This document shows, in pieces, positions 8,172 to 16,192 of a stretch of DNA of 56,492 nucleotides; position 1 is the stretch's first letter, and every line of letters begins with the position of its first letter. A program made the position numbers and the translations under genes. The DNA is taken from the IMG/VR virus record IMGVR_UViG_3300023284_000467, positions 1 to 56,492 of that record, one strand, 5' to 3'. Under the pieces are notes generated by a model, which worked only from the letters and a program-made list of their open reading frames with translations, was not told the origin of the DNA and ran no database searches. This DNA is from a virus. Taxonomy: Duplodnaviria; Caudoviricetes.

Positions 8172-9115
8172 TACCTCTGATCCTCCAGAATGCAGTCTGT
8201 CTGCAGCTTGTCGTCTCTCCACTGTATGAAGCTCGCATGTCTCAATGCGCCTCCTGGCATCACGCCGTAGCACTTCACTTCCGCAACTTTTCCAACATGC
8301 TGCTCCAGATCAACTTTGTTGCCCCACTTCACTCCCTGGCCTACAGTCTTGACCTTCTCCTTTTTCGGATCGTAGTACCCATAGGTCAGTGCAGCCTCAC
8401 AGCCTTTGAACTCCTTGTTACCCGTCAAATAGCTCGGCTTGTCAGTGATCCCTGTCACTACGACGTCTACTGTCATCGTCACCTTCACCTTGAGCCAGTC
8501 ATGCGATCTGGTCGAGGTATAAGGAGCATCCGTCGCTTTGAGCATGATCCCTTCTCCGCCTTTATCCTCACACCAGAAATCCCACATCGCTTGCTTGTCT
8601 TTCCAGGCTGGAATCAACGTTACTCTCGGGTGGAAGTGGAGGCCAGCAAAGATTCGCTCTAACGCTGCCCGCCTCACCGCCCATGAATGACACCGCATAT
8701 TCCCGCCCTCTTCCATCAACAGATCAAAGACGACCACTAACTTTTCAGCCCCAGCACTCGAGCGACTATTCTTGACAGTCTTTCCACCCGTATTGGTTCC
8801 ATCTCCGGAAAATACTTCGCAGTCAAAGATCCCGCTCTCAAGCGGCCACTTCACATCAGCCAACCACTCGTGCCCTTTGTCATCAGAAATATCACGACCC
8901 GTCCTGCTGTAGCAGCCGACAGTCTTACCGCCCTTGACGTGCAACTGGAGACGACAGCCATCCAGCTTCGGCTCCGCGACAAAGCGGTCATCGGTCATTA
9001 CCTGATCGTCTTCTGGCAGGTGCGCTGCCATCGGCTTGATGAATTCCATCGGCTCCCTCCTTAACCAATTCTGATTCGCTTCAACAGCATCTGGATCTTC
9101 GGTGATCACCTTCAC
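8171..9115 (-). CDS. lig: ATP-dependent DNA ligase
   Basis: EPKLDG (motif I), FDCEV, VFDLL, EGIMLK, WLKVK, OB fold ending LRHASFIQWRDDK; second start at 9049. Confidence 0.92.
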   Translation of the reverse strand: MKVITEDPDAVEANQNWLRREPMEFIKPMAAHLPEDDQVMTDDRFVAEPKLDGCRLQLHVKGGKTVGCYSRTGRDISDDKGHEWLADVKWPLESGIFDCEVFSGDGTNTGGKTVKNSRSSAGAEKLVVVFDLLMEEGGNMRCHSWAVRRAALERIFAGLHFHPRVTLIPAWKDKQAMWDFWCEDKGGEGIMLKATDAPYTSTRSHDWLKVKVTMTVDVVVTGITDKPSYLTGNKEFKGCEAALTYGYYDPKKEKVKTVGQGVKWGNKVDLEQHVGKVAEVKCYGVMPGGALRHASFIQWRDDKLQTDCILEDQR

Positions 9116-9223
9116 CTACTTCTCCCTAGTCACTCCACGACACAGGTCGCAGATCATCCTTCGGATTTCGTCGAGAAACATCAGTCTCCGTCCACATCGC
9201 TTGCACAGGATGTAATTAGCCAT
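9116..9223 (-). CDS. 35-aa Zn-ribbon peptide, missing from the ORF track
   Basis: Hand translation MANYILCKRCGRRLMFLDEIRRMICDLCRGVTREK; its TAG abuts the ligase GTG. Confidence 0.6.
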   Translation of the reverse strand: MANYILCKRCGRRLMFLDEIRRMICDLCRGVTREK

Positions 9224-9665
9224 CTATCTGCTCCTTCTTGGATGCCCTTTTCGATAATACCGCTTCACGCAAGTCGCGAGCTCTGGCATCTTGGGTGTAA
9301 TGCAGGAACGGCCCCTTGCCCATTCGATCCGACGTAAAAGAAATACCTTTTGAGGCGAGGTATTGAGTCTCTGCACGAGATAGGTCCGTTGGCCCCTTGA
9401 CTGTCTCTGTTATTGGTTTCCCCTTTGCCTTCGCGATTAGCTCGTCTAATTTCTCCTGCTCCTTAAGTGTCATTGACAACACCTCCTGATGCTGATCTGA
9501 ATAGCATTCACAATCGGGATTCAAGCAGCTGTAGCACTCGGTACAGTTTCGATGCCATTTCAACTTGATGTGAGTATAAGGTGTCAGCTTCTGATCCTTG
9601 TGAAGACCTGCACAACCGTCGTTGCTCTTAATGAATTCGTGTTGGTTTTGTTTTTTTGTTTCCAT
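9216..9665 (-). CDS. Cys-rich early protein, possibly leaderless
   Basis: ATG 6 nt after the -10 box; alternative SD-led start MTLKEQ at 9473. Confidence 0.6.
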   Translation of the reverse strand: METKKQNQHEFIKSNDGCAGLHKDQKLTPYTHIKLKWHRNCTECYSCLNPDCECYSDQHQEVLSMTLKEQEKLDELIAKAKGKPITETVKGPTDLSRAETQYLASKGISFTSDRMGKGPFLHYTQDARARDLREAVLSKRASKKEQIDG

Positions 9666-9671
9666 ATAATA

Positions 9672-9710
9672 AACGTAACACATTTACAAAGTGTTGTCAA
9701 GTATTTTCGA
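9672..9710 (-). promoter_or_regulatory. Early sigma70-type promoter, copy 3
   Basis: TCGAAAATAC-TTGACA-17 nt-TACGTT with extended TG; GAAAT repeats upstream. Confidence 0.8.
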
Positions 9711-9735
9711 TCGCAAATTACATTTCATTTGCATT

Positions 9736-10044
9736 TCATTTCTTCGACAAGTGCTGTCTCGGCGTCTCCATGTGCGAGTTCGGCATCCCTGCATCCAACT
9801 GAGAATCCGTCAATAGGTTCTTCCCAACATCTAGCCAATACCTCAGCTCCTCCTTGGCCTCGGCAAGTTCCACCAATTCCAACCGCGCCAATCTAGCCTC
9901 CAATATGGAAATCGTGTTGCGCTGTTTCTCCTCATTGGCTTCCGAAGCAGTGAGTTGGGATTCAAGGTCAATCAACTTTGCCCTGCCAGGATGACAGCAA
10001 GAGGCGCTGTGCCAAATCTGACAGAAATCACAATGGCCACTCAT
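9736..10044 (-). CDS. Hypothetical protein, Cys/His N-terminus plus coiled coil
   Basis: MSGHCDFCQIWHSASCCHP; ATGA coupling. Confidence 0.6.
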   Translation of the reverse strand: MSGHCDFCQIWHSASCCHPGRAKLIDLESQLTASEANEEKQRNTISILEARLARLELVELAEAKEELRYWLDVGKNLLTDSQLDAGMPNSHMETPRQHLSKK

Positions 10045-10358
10045 CGCTTGCCCCTCACTGCCTGAAGTACCGCCTCGTAGGAACCTTGAACATCTATGAA
10101 GCACTCAGGCTCACCAAACCCGACGGTCGTCTCATTCTCAACTAGCTCAACACCATCTGGGGTTCGTTTGGACCCGGTCATAGATACTGGTCGTACGCAG
10201 CGAATGGAGTCACGTCTAATAGCAACTGGACGACCTCTGCTATCACGCCACTCTAACATTTCACAACCAGCGACCAATTCCGTGAGCTTCCTTATGAGCT
10301 CAGGCACCTGGCCCTCGAAGAACATCGCTCCCATACGGGTTTCATGAAATTCTGCCAT
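10041..10358 (-). CDS. Hypothetical protein
   Basis: GGAGGG SD; tightly packed with neighbours. Confidence 0.7.
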   Translation of the reverse strand: MAEFHETRMGAMFFEGQVPELIRKLTELVAGCEMLEWRDSRGRPVAIRRDSIRCVRPVSMTGSKRTPDGVELVENETTVGFGEPECFIDVQGSYEAVLQAVRGKR

Positions 10359-10369
10359 AATCCCTCCCC

Positions 10370-10540
10370 TTACAGGTGCCCGATCAGAAATCGAATCCGA
10401 TCTTCCAAGTACTCCGCTTCATCAGCCTTCATCACCTTGTTCCTCACCATGTCATCCACCTGACCTCTAATCCTAAGCTGAAGCACCTTAGCTTCATCGA
10501 CCGCTACACTCTCCAACTGGTTTCTTCTCACTTCGTCCAT
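10370..10540 (-). CDS. Small hypothetical protein
   Basis: TAAGGAGG SD before MDEVRR. Confidence 0.6.
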   Translation of the reverse strand: MDEVRRNQLESVAVDEAKVLQLRIRGQVDDMVRNKVMKADEAEYLEDRIRFLIGHL

Positions 10541-10550
10541 TTGATCCTCC

Positions 10551-10793
10551 TTACCGCACTCGCATTGCACCCCTGACATCGTGTTCTGCATCAGCTTCTG
10601 GAAAACTCAACTTGTCCAACCACCGTAATTCCCTTTCGCTAAGCCTCGTATCCAACACCTTCTTTCTCCTTCTCAGGAAGGCGAGGGTCGCAACGGGGCT
10701 TGACGAAAAAGACTTGCCTCCGTCCCATGAGTAACACTCCAACGTCGTCACAGTCACCTTTCCATTCACAACAACTCTTACTTGCTTGATCAT
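10551..10793 (-). CDS. Hypothetical protein
   Basis: ATGA coupling. Confidence 0.6.
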   Translation of the reverse strand: MIKQVRVVVNGKVTVTTLECYSWDGGKSFSSSPVATLAFLRRRKKVLDTRLSERELRWLDKLSFPEADAEHDVRGAMRVR

Positions 10794-11119
10794 CTATGTC
10801 TCCTGACCTTCTTCGTTACGAACTTTGTCTTTCCTGCAGCCACTCTCTCCTTTAATCGAGCAACATCCACCAAGTAGTATGCCTTGGTCTTTCGCCCGAA
10901 CACCGGCACCATCTTTCCACTCTCCATGGCACGGTACTTATCTGCCGTCACCTTCAACTTGATCTGGCAGTTCATCTTCCTGTACCAGTAAAGCCCCTTC
11001 TCCGCTCTCCGGTTGTTAGCGATTCTTAGTAGGATCGGATTCTTCGGCTCTGTCATCAACGCCTGCTCTGCTGCGACCAACTCGTTGTCGATCTCTTCGA
11101 TTGGTCTTAATTTCTGCAT
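10790..11119 (-). CDS. Basic hypothetical protein
   Basis: AAGGAG SD. Confidence 0.65.
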   Translation of the reverse strand: MQKLRPIEEIDNELVAAEQALMTEPKNPILLRIANNRRAEKGLYWYRKMNCQIKLKVTADKYRAMESGKMVPVFGRKTKAYYLVDVARLKERVAAGKTKFVTKKVRRHR

Positions 11120-11134
11120 CTACCGCTCCTTCTC

Positions 11135-11698
11135 CTACGCCCTTAGCAACCAATTCTGTGGAACGAAGTAACAACGACCATCATCTATATTCACTCTCGC
11201 TCTGCATCCAGAATACGCTGAGATGACTATCCCTTTCTGATGACCGAACCGAGGCGAGCTCCACATCACCTGATCTCCACGACGGAATCCGCCACTCACT
11301 GTCGTCACGTTCTTGATCGACCTGTGATGGATCTTGTCAGTCAGTCCCTCTTTCTTCGCATAGTTCCACAGGGTCCAGTACTCCTTGTCCCACTCATACG
11401 ATCTCACTTCGCCTCTCCACGCATGGATAACTTCCTTGAGACACCTGTAAAACGGCTGCTCATGGCGGAAGCTCTTATATCTCAACCAACAGAGAACATG
11501 CGCAAACTCATGCAGTGTTGCGCCCTCAATCCCATGCCAGTCATTCACACTAATCGTCAGCCACAACACTCCATTCGTGCGGTGGCACCAACTTGTGCGA
11601 CCCGTCCCTCTTTGGACTCTAGGAACATCGATCTTGAACTCAGCCGACAGGAGTTCGACCATCTTGTGAACCTCAAGCATTCCTAATGGTGTTGCCAT
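11135..11698 (-). CDS. HExxH zinc metalloprotease (SprT-like) with C-terminal SH3/KOW-like domain
   Basis: LHEFAHVL...HEQPF; GFRRGDQVMW...GIVI; start MATPLG after GGAGG. Confidence 0.7.
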   Translation of the reverse strand: MATPLGMLEVHKMVELLSAEFKIDVPRVQRGTGRTSWCHRTNGVLWLTISVNDWHGIEGATLHEFAHVLCWLRYKSFRHEQPFYRCLKEVIHAWRGEVRSYEWDKEYWTLWNYAKKEGLTDKIHHRSIKNVTTVSGGFRRGDQVMWSSPRFGHQKGIVISAYSGCRARVNIDDGRCYFVPQNWLLRA

Positions 11699-11717
11699 CA
11701 CGCCTCCCTCTTGCATT

Positions 11718-12125
11718 TCATTTGGCCTTCCGAATCGACAGTCCCTCATCTCGCATGCACCGTAACTCGTAGCCTTTCTGGACGCACGCTGGGCAGATAT
11801 AGTAAGGAGCATCGATCCCGTTCTCCACCCGCTTTGCTTCATGACCATCAAACAACTTTCCGCACTTGTCACAGAGCTCCAGGGGAAAAGAAGCTGAAGA
11901 ACCCACAATGCACCCCACTCTCTTGAATGCCACGCAGGAGCTCGCGCATGCACTTACTCGTACGTGGTGAGTCTGCCGGTGGTGGGACTGGCTACCCTGT
12001 TTTATGCCTTTTTGCCTCTGTGTGGCCTCCTGGCTGCGGGTCGGTCCCGCTTTAGATACGCCAGGCACACGGCTTCCACCGCTTGTTAGGCTACTCGTTT
12101 TAAGGTGCATTCTGGGTTCTTTCAT
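11718..12125 (-). CDS. Hypothetical protein with C-terminal Zn ribbon
   Basis: CDKC...CPAC; AGGAGG upstream. Confidence 0.55.
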   Translation of the reverse strand: MKEPRMHLKTSSLTSGGSRVPGVSKAGPTRSQEATQRQKGIKQGSQSHHRQTHHVRVSACASSCVAFKRVGCIVGSSASFPLELCDKCGKLFDGHEAKRVENGIDAPYYICPACVQKGYELRCMRDEGLSIRKAK

Positions 12126-12139
12126 TAAAATCTTTCCTC

Positions 12140-12493
12140 CTAATTGACCTTTATATTGATGAACAACTTAGCAAACTCATTCTTCCCAGCCTCCAGCTCC
12201 TCCACCAACTTCTCCTGGTGAAATTCTTCGGCAAATTTGTCAATCTCACCTGACCTTACAGCGTTGGCTAACACTCCCAACTGCTCAGTCACCATCGCCT
12301 TGGTATGGGTGCAACCTCTTACCTGGCCAGAAAAAATCCAACCCTTACAGTTGCAGCTAATTGACCCATCATTCCAGATCACCGTCTCATACACCGTGCT
12401 AGATGACTTCGACGGATTCTCCTTGATGATCTTCTTCTCTCTCTTTATTTTTTCCATGCTATCCTCCTTAGAATTTTGTTTTTTTGTGTCCAT
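12140..12493 (-). CDS. SWIM zinc finger protein
   Basis: ISCNCKGW...CTH; alternative start MEKIK after TAAGGAGG. Confidence 0.7.
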   Translation of the reverse strand: MDTKKQNSKEDSMEKIKREKKIIKENPSKSSSTVYETVIWNDGSISCNCKGWIFSGQVRGCTHTKAMVTEQLGVLANAVRSGEIDKFAEEFHQEKLVEELEAGKNEFAKLFINIKVN

Positions 12494-12500
12494 TAAGATA

Positions 12501-12538
12501 AGAGTAACATTTACATAATGGTTGTCAAGTATTTTCGA
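12501..12538 (-). promoter_or_regulatory. Early sigma70-type promoter, copy 4
   Basis: TCGAAAATAC-TTGACA-16 nt-TACTCT with extended TG; GAAAT repeats upstream. Confidence 0.8.
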
Positions 12539-12582
12539 TGATATATTTCATTTCATTGCATTTCTTTCAGAGCCTGGCTGTC

Positions 12583-12725
12583 AGCAACCACCGTGCCCAA
12601 TCAGTTTCTTAACAATTTCATTGATTTGGCACGCGGCGTGAATAGCATCCACCGTGCCAATCTAGACTCTTCAAAAATTTCATTGATTTAGCACGCCGCG
12701 TGATAGCAAACGTCGTGCCCAAATC
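12583..12725. repeat. 61-bp-period tandem repeat of inverted sigma54-like sites
   Basis: Units start at 12583, 12644 and 12705; minus strand reads GGCACG-N4-(T/A)TGCT. Confidence 0.8.
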
Positions 12726-12792
12726 ATTTCCAACAAAGATCTACATAGTCCCGTAACAGGCCCATACATGACACGGCACACCCAACATGGAA

Positions 12793-12810
12793 ACCTGCAC
12801 TCGGAGTGCA
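12793..12810. repeat. Palindrome TGCACTC-G-GAGTGCA, copy 2 of 3
   Basis: Read directly. Confidence 0.75.
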
Positions 12811-12934
12811 CTTCAACCACGTAACCTATGGAAATATTTAGAAAACTAGACTTGATACAGACGCTGTAGCTGAACTGGCGGCAACCCGTGTGTGTTTATA
12901 TATCGCCGGGAGCAGCTAACTTCTTGAAATCATT

Positions 12935-12950
12935 AGCAAACGTCGTGCCC
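12935..12950 (-). promoter_or_regulatory. sigma54-like -24/-12 site
   Basis: GGGCACGACGTTTGCT, identical to 12705..12720. Confidence 0.6.
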
Positions 12951-12985
12951 TGGTGTCAATAGTCAAGACGTGAGACTATGGACGG

Positions 12986-13321
12986 ATGCGCTACCTCATT
13001 CTTTGCCTAATGGCGATATTCTTCCTCACCGCTAACCACCCAGTCGGAGAACCCAAACTTGAGCAGTCGCAAATCTGGAAAACATGCTGTGAACACAACG
13101 ATTGTTTCGTCCAGCAGGTACAGATCCTCACCATAGACACCAGCGAAGCAACCCTGCTAGTCGACGGCTACAGCACATCCGTTCCCAGTGACCGCATCTC
13201 ACCGGCTCCTACTTCCAACTGGTGGGTCTGCTATTTCGACAGAAATGGCGATCTAACACCAAAGAACATCCGCTGTATCCTCTATCCAGACCAAATGCGT
13301 CTAGGCGCTAGACAGCCGTAA
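12986..13321 (+). CDS. Secreted Cys-rich protein; the only convincing plus-strand gene
   Basis: Signal peptide MRYLILCLMAIFFLTA; CCEHNDC...WWVCY...RCILYP; does not overlap minus-strand genes. Confidence 0.75.
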   Translation: MRYLILCLMAIFFLTANHPVGEPKLEQSQIWKTCCEHNDCFVQQVQILTIDTSEATLLVDGYSTSVPSDRISPAPTSNWWVCYFDRNGDLTPKNIRCILYPDQMRLGARQP

Positions 13322-13365
13322 AGACCCTACACGGCCTTTTCTTGTAATAATGAGGAATAGTAACC

Positions 13366-13407
13366 GAGGACGCCCAAAGCTGCCAGCATGGGCAGCCCAG
13401 GCGTCTC
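13366..13407. terminator. Hairpin between convergent genes
   Basis: GACGCC..GCTGCC-loop-GGCAGC..GGCGTC; no U tract. Confidence 0.45.
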
Positions 13408-13435
13408 AGTGGCGGGATCTAGGCGGAGAGTAGCC

Positions 13436-13753
13436 TTACGGTACGAGCGGTATCTTCAACGTCGCATCTAGCAGATCCTTGAGCTGCTGCTCAATCTTCG
13501 CAGTAACTCCCTGCTCCGACTTGGTCGTATAGTTGATTACGATACTCCCTGGCCCTATACACATCTTCTTTCCCGCAGCATCATCAATGTCCATATACTC
13601 CCCACCCTCTGCCTGCGGCATCGCATCAACAATGACGTACACGTTCTTGTTCAGGTGGATGTTCGGTGACCCGGGCGACATCATCCCTTGGCCACACCCA
13701 CCCAAACCTCCTAAAAAGAGACACAAAAATACCCTAACGGCCAATATATTCAT
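13436..13753 (-). CDS. Lipoprotein in lysis cassette (o-spanin candidate)
   Basis: Hydrophobic leader with lipobox LGGC; GGGGAG SD before MNILAV. Confidence 0.6.
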   Translation of the reverse strand: MNILAVRVFLCLFLGGLGGCGQGMMSPGSPNIHLNKNVYVIVDAMPQAEGGEYMDIDDAAGKKMCIGPGSIVINYTTKSEQGVTAKIEQQLKDLLDATLKIPLVP

Positions 13754-13770
13754 TTTAACTCCCCACCAGA

Positions 13771-13789
13771 ACCTGCACTCCGAGTGCAG
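13771..13789. repeat. Palindrome CTGCACTC-C-GAGTGCAG, copy 3 of 3
   Basis: Read directly; intergenic. Confidence 0.75.
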
Positions 13790-13797
13790 CATGGTAA

Positions 13798-14046
13798 TCA
13801 AGCGGCATCAAGCTTCTTCTCGACTCGCTGCAGGGTGTCCTTCATGGCCTCGAACCTCGCATCATCGAGTGCCTCATGCCCACTGCTCCAAGTGAACAAT
13901 TTTCCAATCGATCCATTCGTCTTTGCCAACTCATGTCGGACACCATTGCTCGATCGAAGCACTAAGGCGAGAACCACTACAATCACTCCCTGAACAGACG
14001 TTATGATAATCGGCCACCAACTAGTTACCGACTGAATCTCCGACAT
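13798..14046 (-). CDS. Single-TM coiled-coil protein (holin or i-spanin candidate)
   Basis: WWPIIITSVQGVIVVVLALVL; follows the endolysin. Confidence 0.55.
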   Translation of the reverse strand: MSEIQSVTSWWPIIITSVQGVIVVVLALVLRSSNGVRHELAKTNGSIGKLFTWSSGHEALDDARFEAMKDTLQRVEKKLDAA

Positions 14047-14602
14047 TGCCTTCCCCCTTGAGGTAGTCTTCGACGCCATCAGCGATACATCGAGCAATCT
14101 CGAGCTGCAAACCCTGGACTAGCATGAGCCAGGACTTTTCTGTGTCGATGAACGCAAGTTCAACAAGCACAGCAGGCATGGCCGTCCTTCTTAGAACAGC
14201 AAAATTCGCTTCTTTGATCCCTCGAAATTTTCTACCGGGGAAATGCTTTGGAACTTGGTCAGCAATCGCCTGGGCGAGCCTTCGACCCTTGACACTACCA
14301 GGATAAATCCAAATCTCACTACCATGAGCTTCCGGATCATCGGCCCCATCGGGGTCACGATCCGCGTTCGTATGAATCGACACAAATACTGAACCTGACC
14401 ATATGTTCGCCAACTGCGCCCGCCTGTTCAGAGCCAACGCATAGTCACCTGAGCGCGTAATTAACTGCACATGGCCTCGACGTTTAAATTCTACAGAAAG
14501 CTTCTTCGATACAGCGAGACATATATCCTTCTCGAGCAGATCGCCAAACACAGCTCCAGTATCAACACCACCATGACCCGGATCAATGACGACCCTAGCC
14601 AT
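14021..14602 (-). CDS. Endolysin, N-acetylmuramoyl-L-alanine amidase (Amidase_3)
   Basis: IDPGHGG, EK, FVSIHTNA, PAVLVELAFI. Confidence 0.95.
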   Translation of the reverse strand: MARVVIDPGHGGVDTGAVFGDLLEKDICLAVSKKLSVEFKRRGHVQLITRSGDYALALNRRAQLANIWSGSVFVSIHTNADRDPDGADDPEAHGSEIWIYPGSVKGRRLAQAIADQVPKHFPGRKFRGIKEANFAVLRRTAMPAVLVELAFIDTEKSWLMLVQGLQLEIARCIADGVEDYLKGEGNVGDSVGN

Positions 14603-14919
14603 TACGGAGCCTTCCTCGGCTTGATATTGAACTCGATATCAGTCAGCGAAGTCGTTACGTCCCCACCGGCACCTGTGATCTCCACTTCACCCCTGAACGG
14701 TCCTGGTGAGAGCTCACCAGCTAAAAACTGATACGTAGCTTTGCCAGTAGTCGGCACTGCATCAATCGTCATCGTCTTTTCGACAGCAAGCGCGGTCTTA
14801 ATCTTGTATCTAAGCTTGACGGTTGATCCTGTTAGATTAATAACCACACCAGTCACATCATCAGTCGCAGTGATTTCAAGAACGGAGCCAGTATCATTTT
14901 CAACAAATTGTACAGCCAT
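14602..14919 (-). CDS. BppU N-terminal-like virion protein
   Basis: NDTG...INLTGSTV...GKATYQF...GEVEIT. Confidence 0.6.
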   Translation of the reverse strand: MAVQFVENDTGSVLEITATDDVTGVVINLTGSTVKLRYKIKTALAVEKTMTIDAVPTTGKATYQFLAGELSPGPFRGEVEITGAGGDVTTSLTDIEFNIKPRKAP

Positions 14920-15128
14920 CAGAACTTCCCCGTATGACTCTGTTTCTGTCCATATTTGAGGGTCTTACTTTGAGTCTGTGCAAAATTCAGCGAATAGCCT
15001 CGTAGCACATTAAACCCAAAGCTGAGTGGACGCAACACCGTAAATCTCACAGTGACCTTGAGCGCTTCGAACACCTTGCCCCAGATCTGGTCGTGTAGGA
15101 ACCATTTTGCTGCTATAGTCGGCAACAA
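14919..15128 (-). CDS. Small virion-associated protein
   Basis: Abuts both neighbours; C-terminus resembles 23185..23337. Confidence 0.55.
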   Translation of the reverse strand: MLPTIAAKWFLHDQIWGKVFEALKVTVRFTVLRPLSFGFNVLRGYSLNFAQTQSKTLKYGQKQSHTGKF

Positions 15129-16190
15129 TCACCTCAAATAAGGAATAATCCCCGAACCACCGATCATATCACGGATCGCCGTTGCGGCGGCCAAGCTTCT
15201 CTCGGCGTATTTAACCGTTGCTATGTCCAGATACAGGTAAGCCAGGACCAATGAGCCTCTGGTATAGACATTGCACGAAATTCTGTTACAGGTGACGGCA
15301 TCTTTTTCTTCTGTATCTGTACCCCATCCGCCGTCGTCGTCGTTTTCATCATGGAAAATATCGAGGGTAGCACTGTCCGACCACAAAAGATGTAGGGTTG
15401 CCCCATCTACGCTCAGGCAGATTATGGTGTTCCCGTTTATTGCGCTGGTTCCGGCAGCGGTGACCCCGGCGTCTGTGGTGATTGTTGGGTCTGCCCCGCT
15501 GTCGAATTTCGCTATAGAAATTCTCGCGTTGAAATCTCCGTATGGCACACGGACTTTTGTCGCCCCCGAAACATAGGACACCCCGTGATTGTGGGGTAAC
15601 TTTAATCCGAACGCGCCAGTCGCATCAATGACTTGGTCCGCCGTGTCCAAAACATTTGTGGAACTAAGGGAACGGTGGAGGAAATCGTCAAGCGTATCAT
15701 TGAAATAAAAAAAGTGCATTCGATCCGATAGGCCCAAGACGATTACGATTCCCGAATAATCGTTAGTAGATGCCGCTCCGTCCACCTGAACATTTGTTGT
15801 CCAACCAGCCCCCTCTTCCCTCGCATAAAAGATTGCACCGTCACCTCCATCTTGACCCGCATAGCCGATTATAACATCTCCGTCTGACCTAACAGCAATT
15901 GAACACGCCTCAACGCCAGCAAGAGGTGCATTCGTTACAACCACTTCATTCTTAGTCGTAAACGTATCCGTCCCGGGATCGAAAACATGGTAGCGAACAA
16001 TGCCACCCGCACCTTGGGTGGCGATGTGGATATCCCCACTGTCCTCAAAGCACCACATGGAAACGACAAGCTCACCCGTCAAAGAGAAATCAACGTCCGC
16101 CCAATTTCCATCAACGGCTGGGTCACTAGTCGCCTTCATTGCAACTATGGCAGTAAGACATGGATGCCGCATGATCGTATAAGTAGCCAC
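15129..16190 (-). CDS. Beta-rich (propeller-like) virion protein, paralog 3
   Basis: Shared VAMKA.SDP, HRSLSS, SYVSGATKV, DSGADPT. Confidence 0.75.
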   Translation of the reverse strand: MATYTIMRHPCLTAIVAMKATSDPAVDGNWADVDFSLTGELVVSMWCFEDSGDIHIATQGAGGIVRYHVFDPGTDTFTTKNEVVVTNAPLAGVEACSIAVRSDGDVIIGYAGQDGGDGAIFYAREEGAGWTTNVQVDGAASTNDYSGIVIVLGLSDRMHFFYFNDTLDDFLHRSLSSTNVLDTADQVIDATGAFGLKLPHNHGVSYVSGATKVRVPYGDFNARISIAKFDSGADPTITTDAGVTAAGTSAINGNTIICLSVDGATLHLLWSDSATLDIFHDENDDDGGWGTDTEEKDAVTCNRISCNVYTRGSLVLAYLYLDIATVKYAERSLAAATAIRDMIGGSGIIPYLR

Positions 16191-16192
16191 GA

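Noticed and set aside
9062-9109. Split intein explaining the shared ligase/portal peptide
   Set aside because: No intein motifs such as an N-terminal Cys/Ser block or terminal His-Asn; the segments are homologous rather than complementary
12583-12725. CRISPR mini-array
   Set aside because: The whole 61-bp unit is conserved, including the would-be spacers (shared AATTTCATTGATTT); no cas genes seen
12793-12810. CIRCE element
   Set aside because: Arms resemble GCACTC/GAGTGC, but the spacer is 1 nt rather than 9 and the TTA flanks are missing
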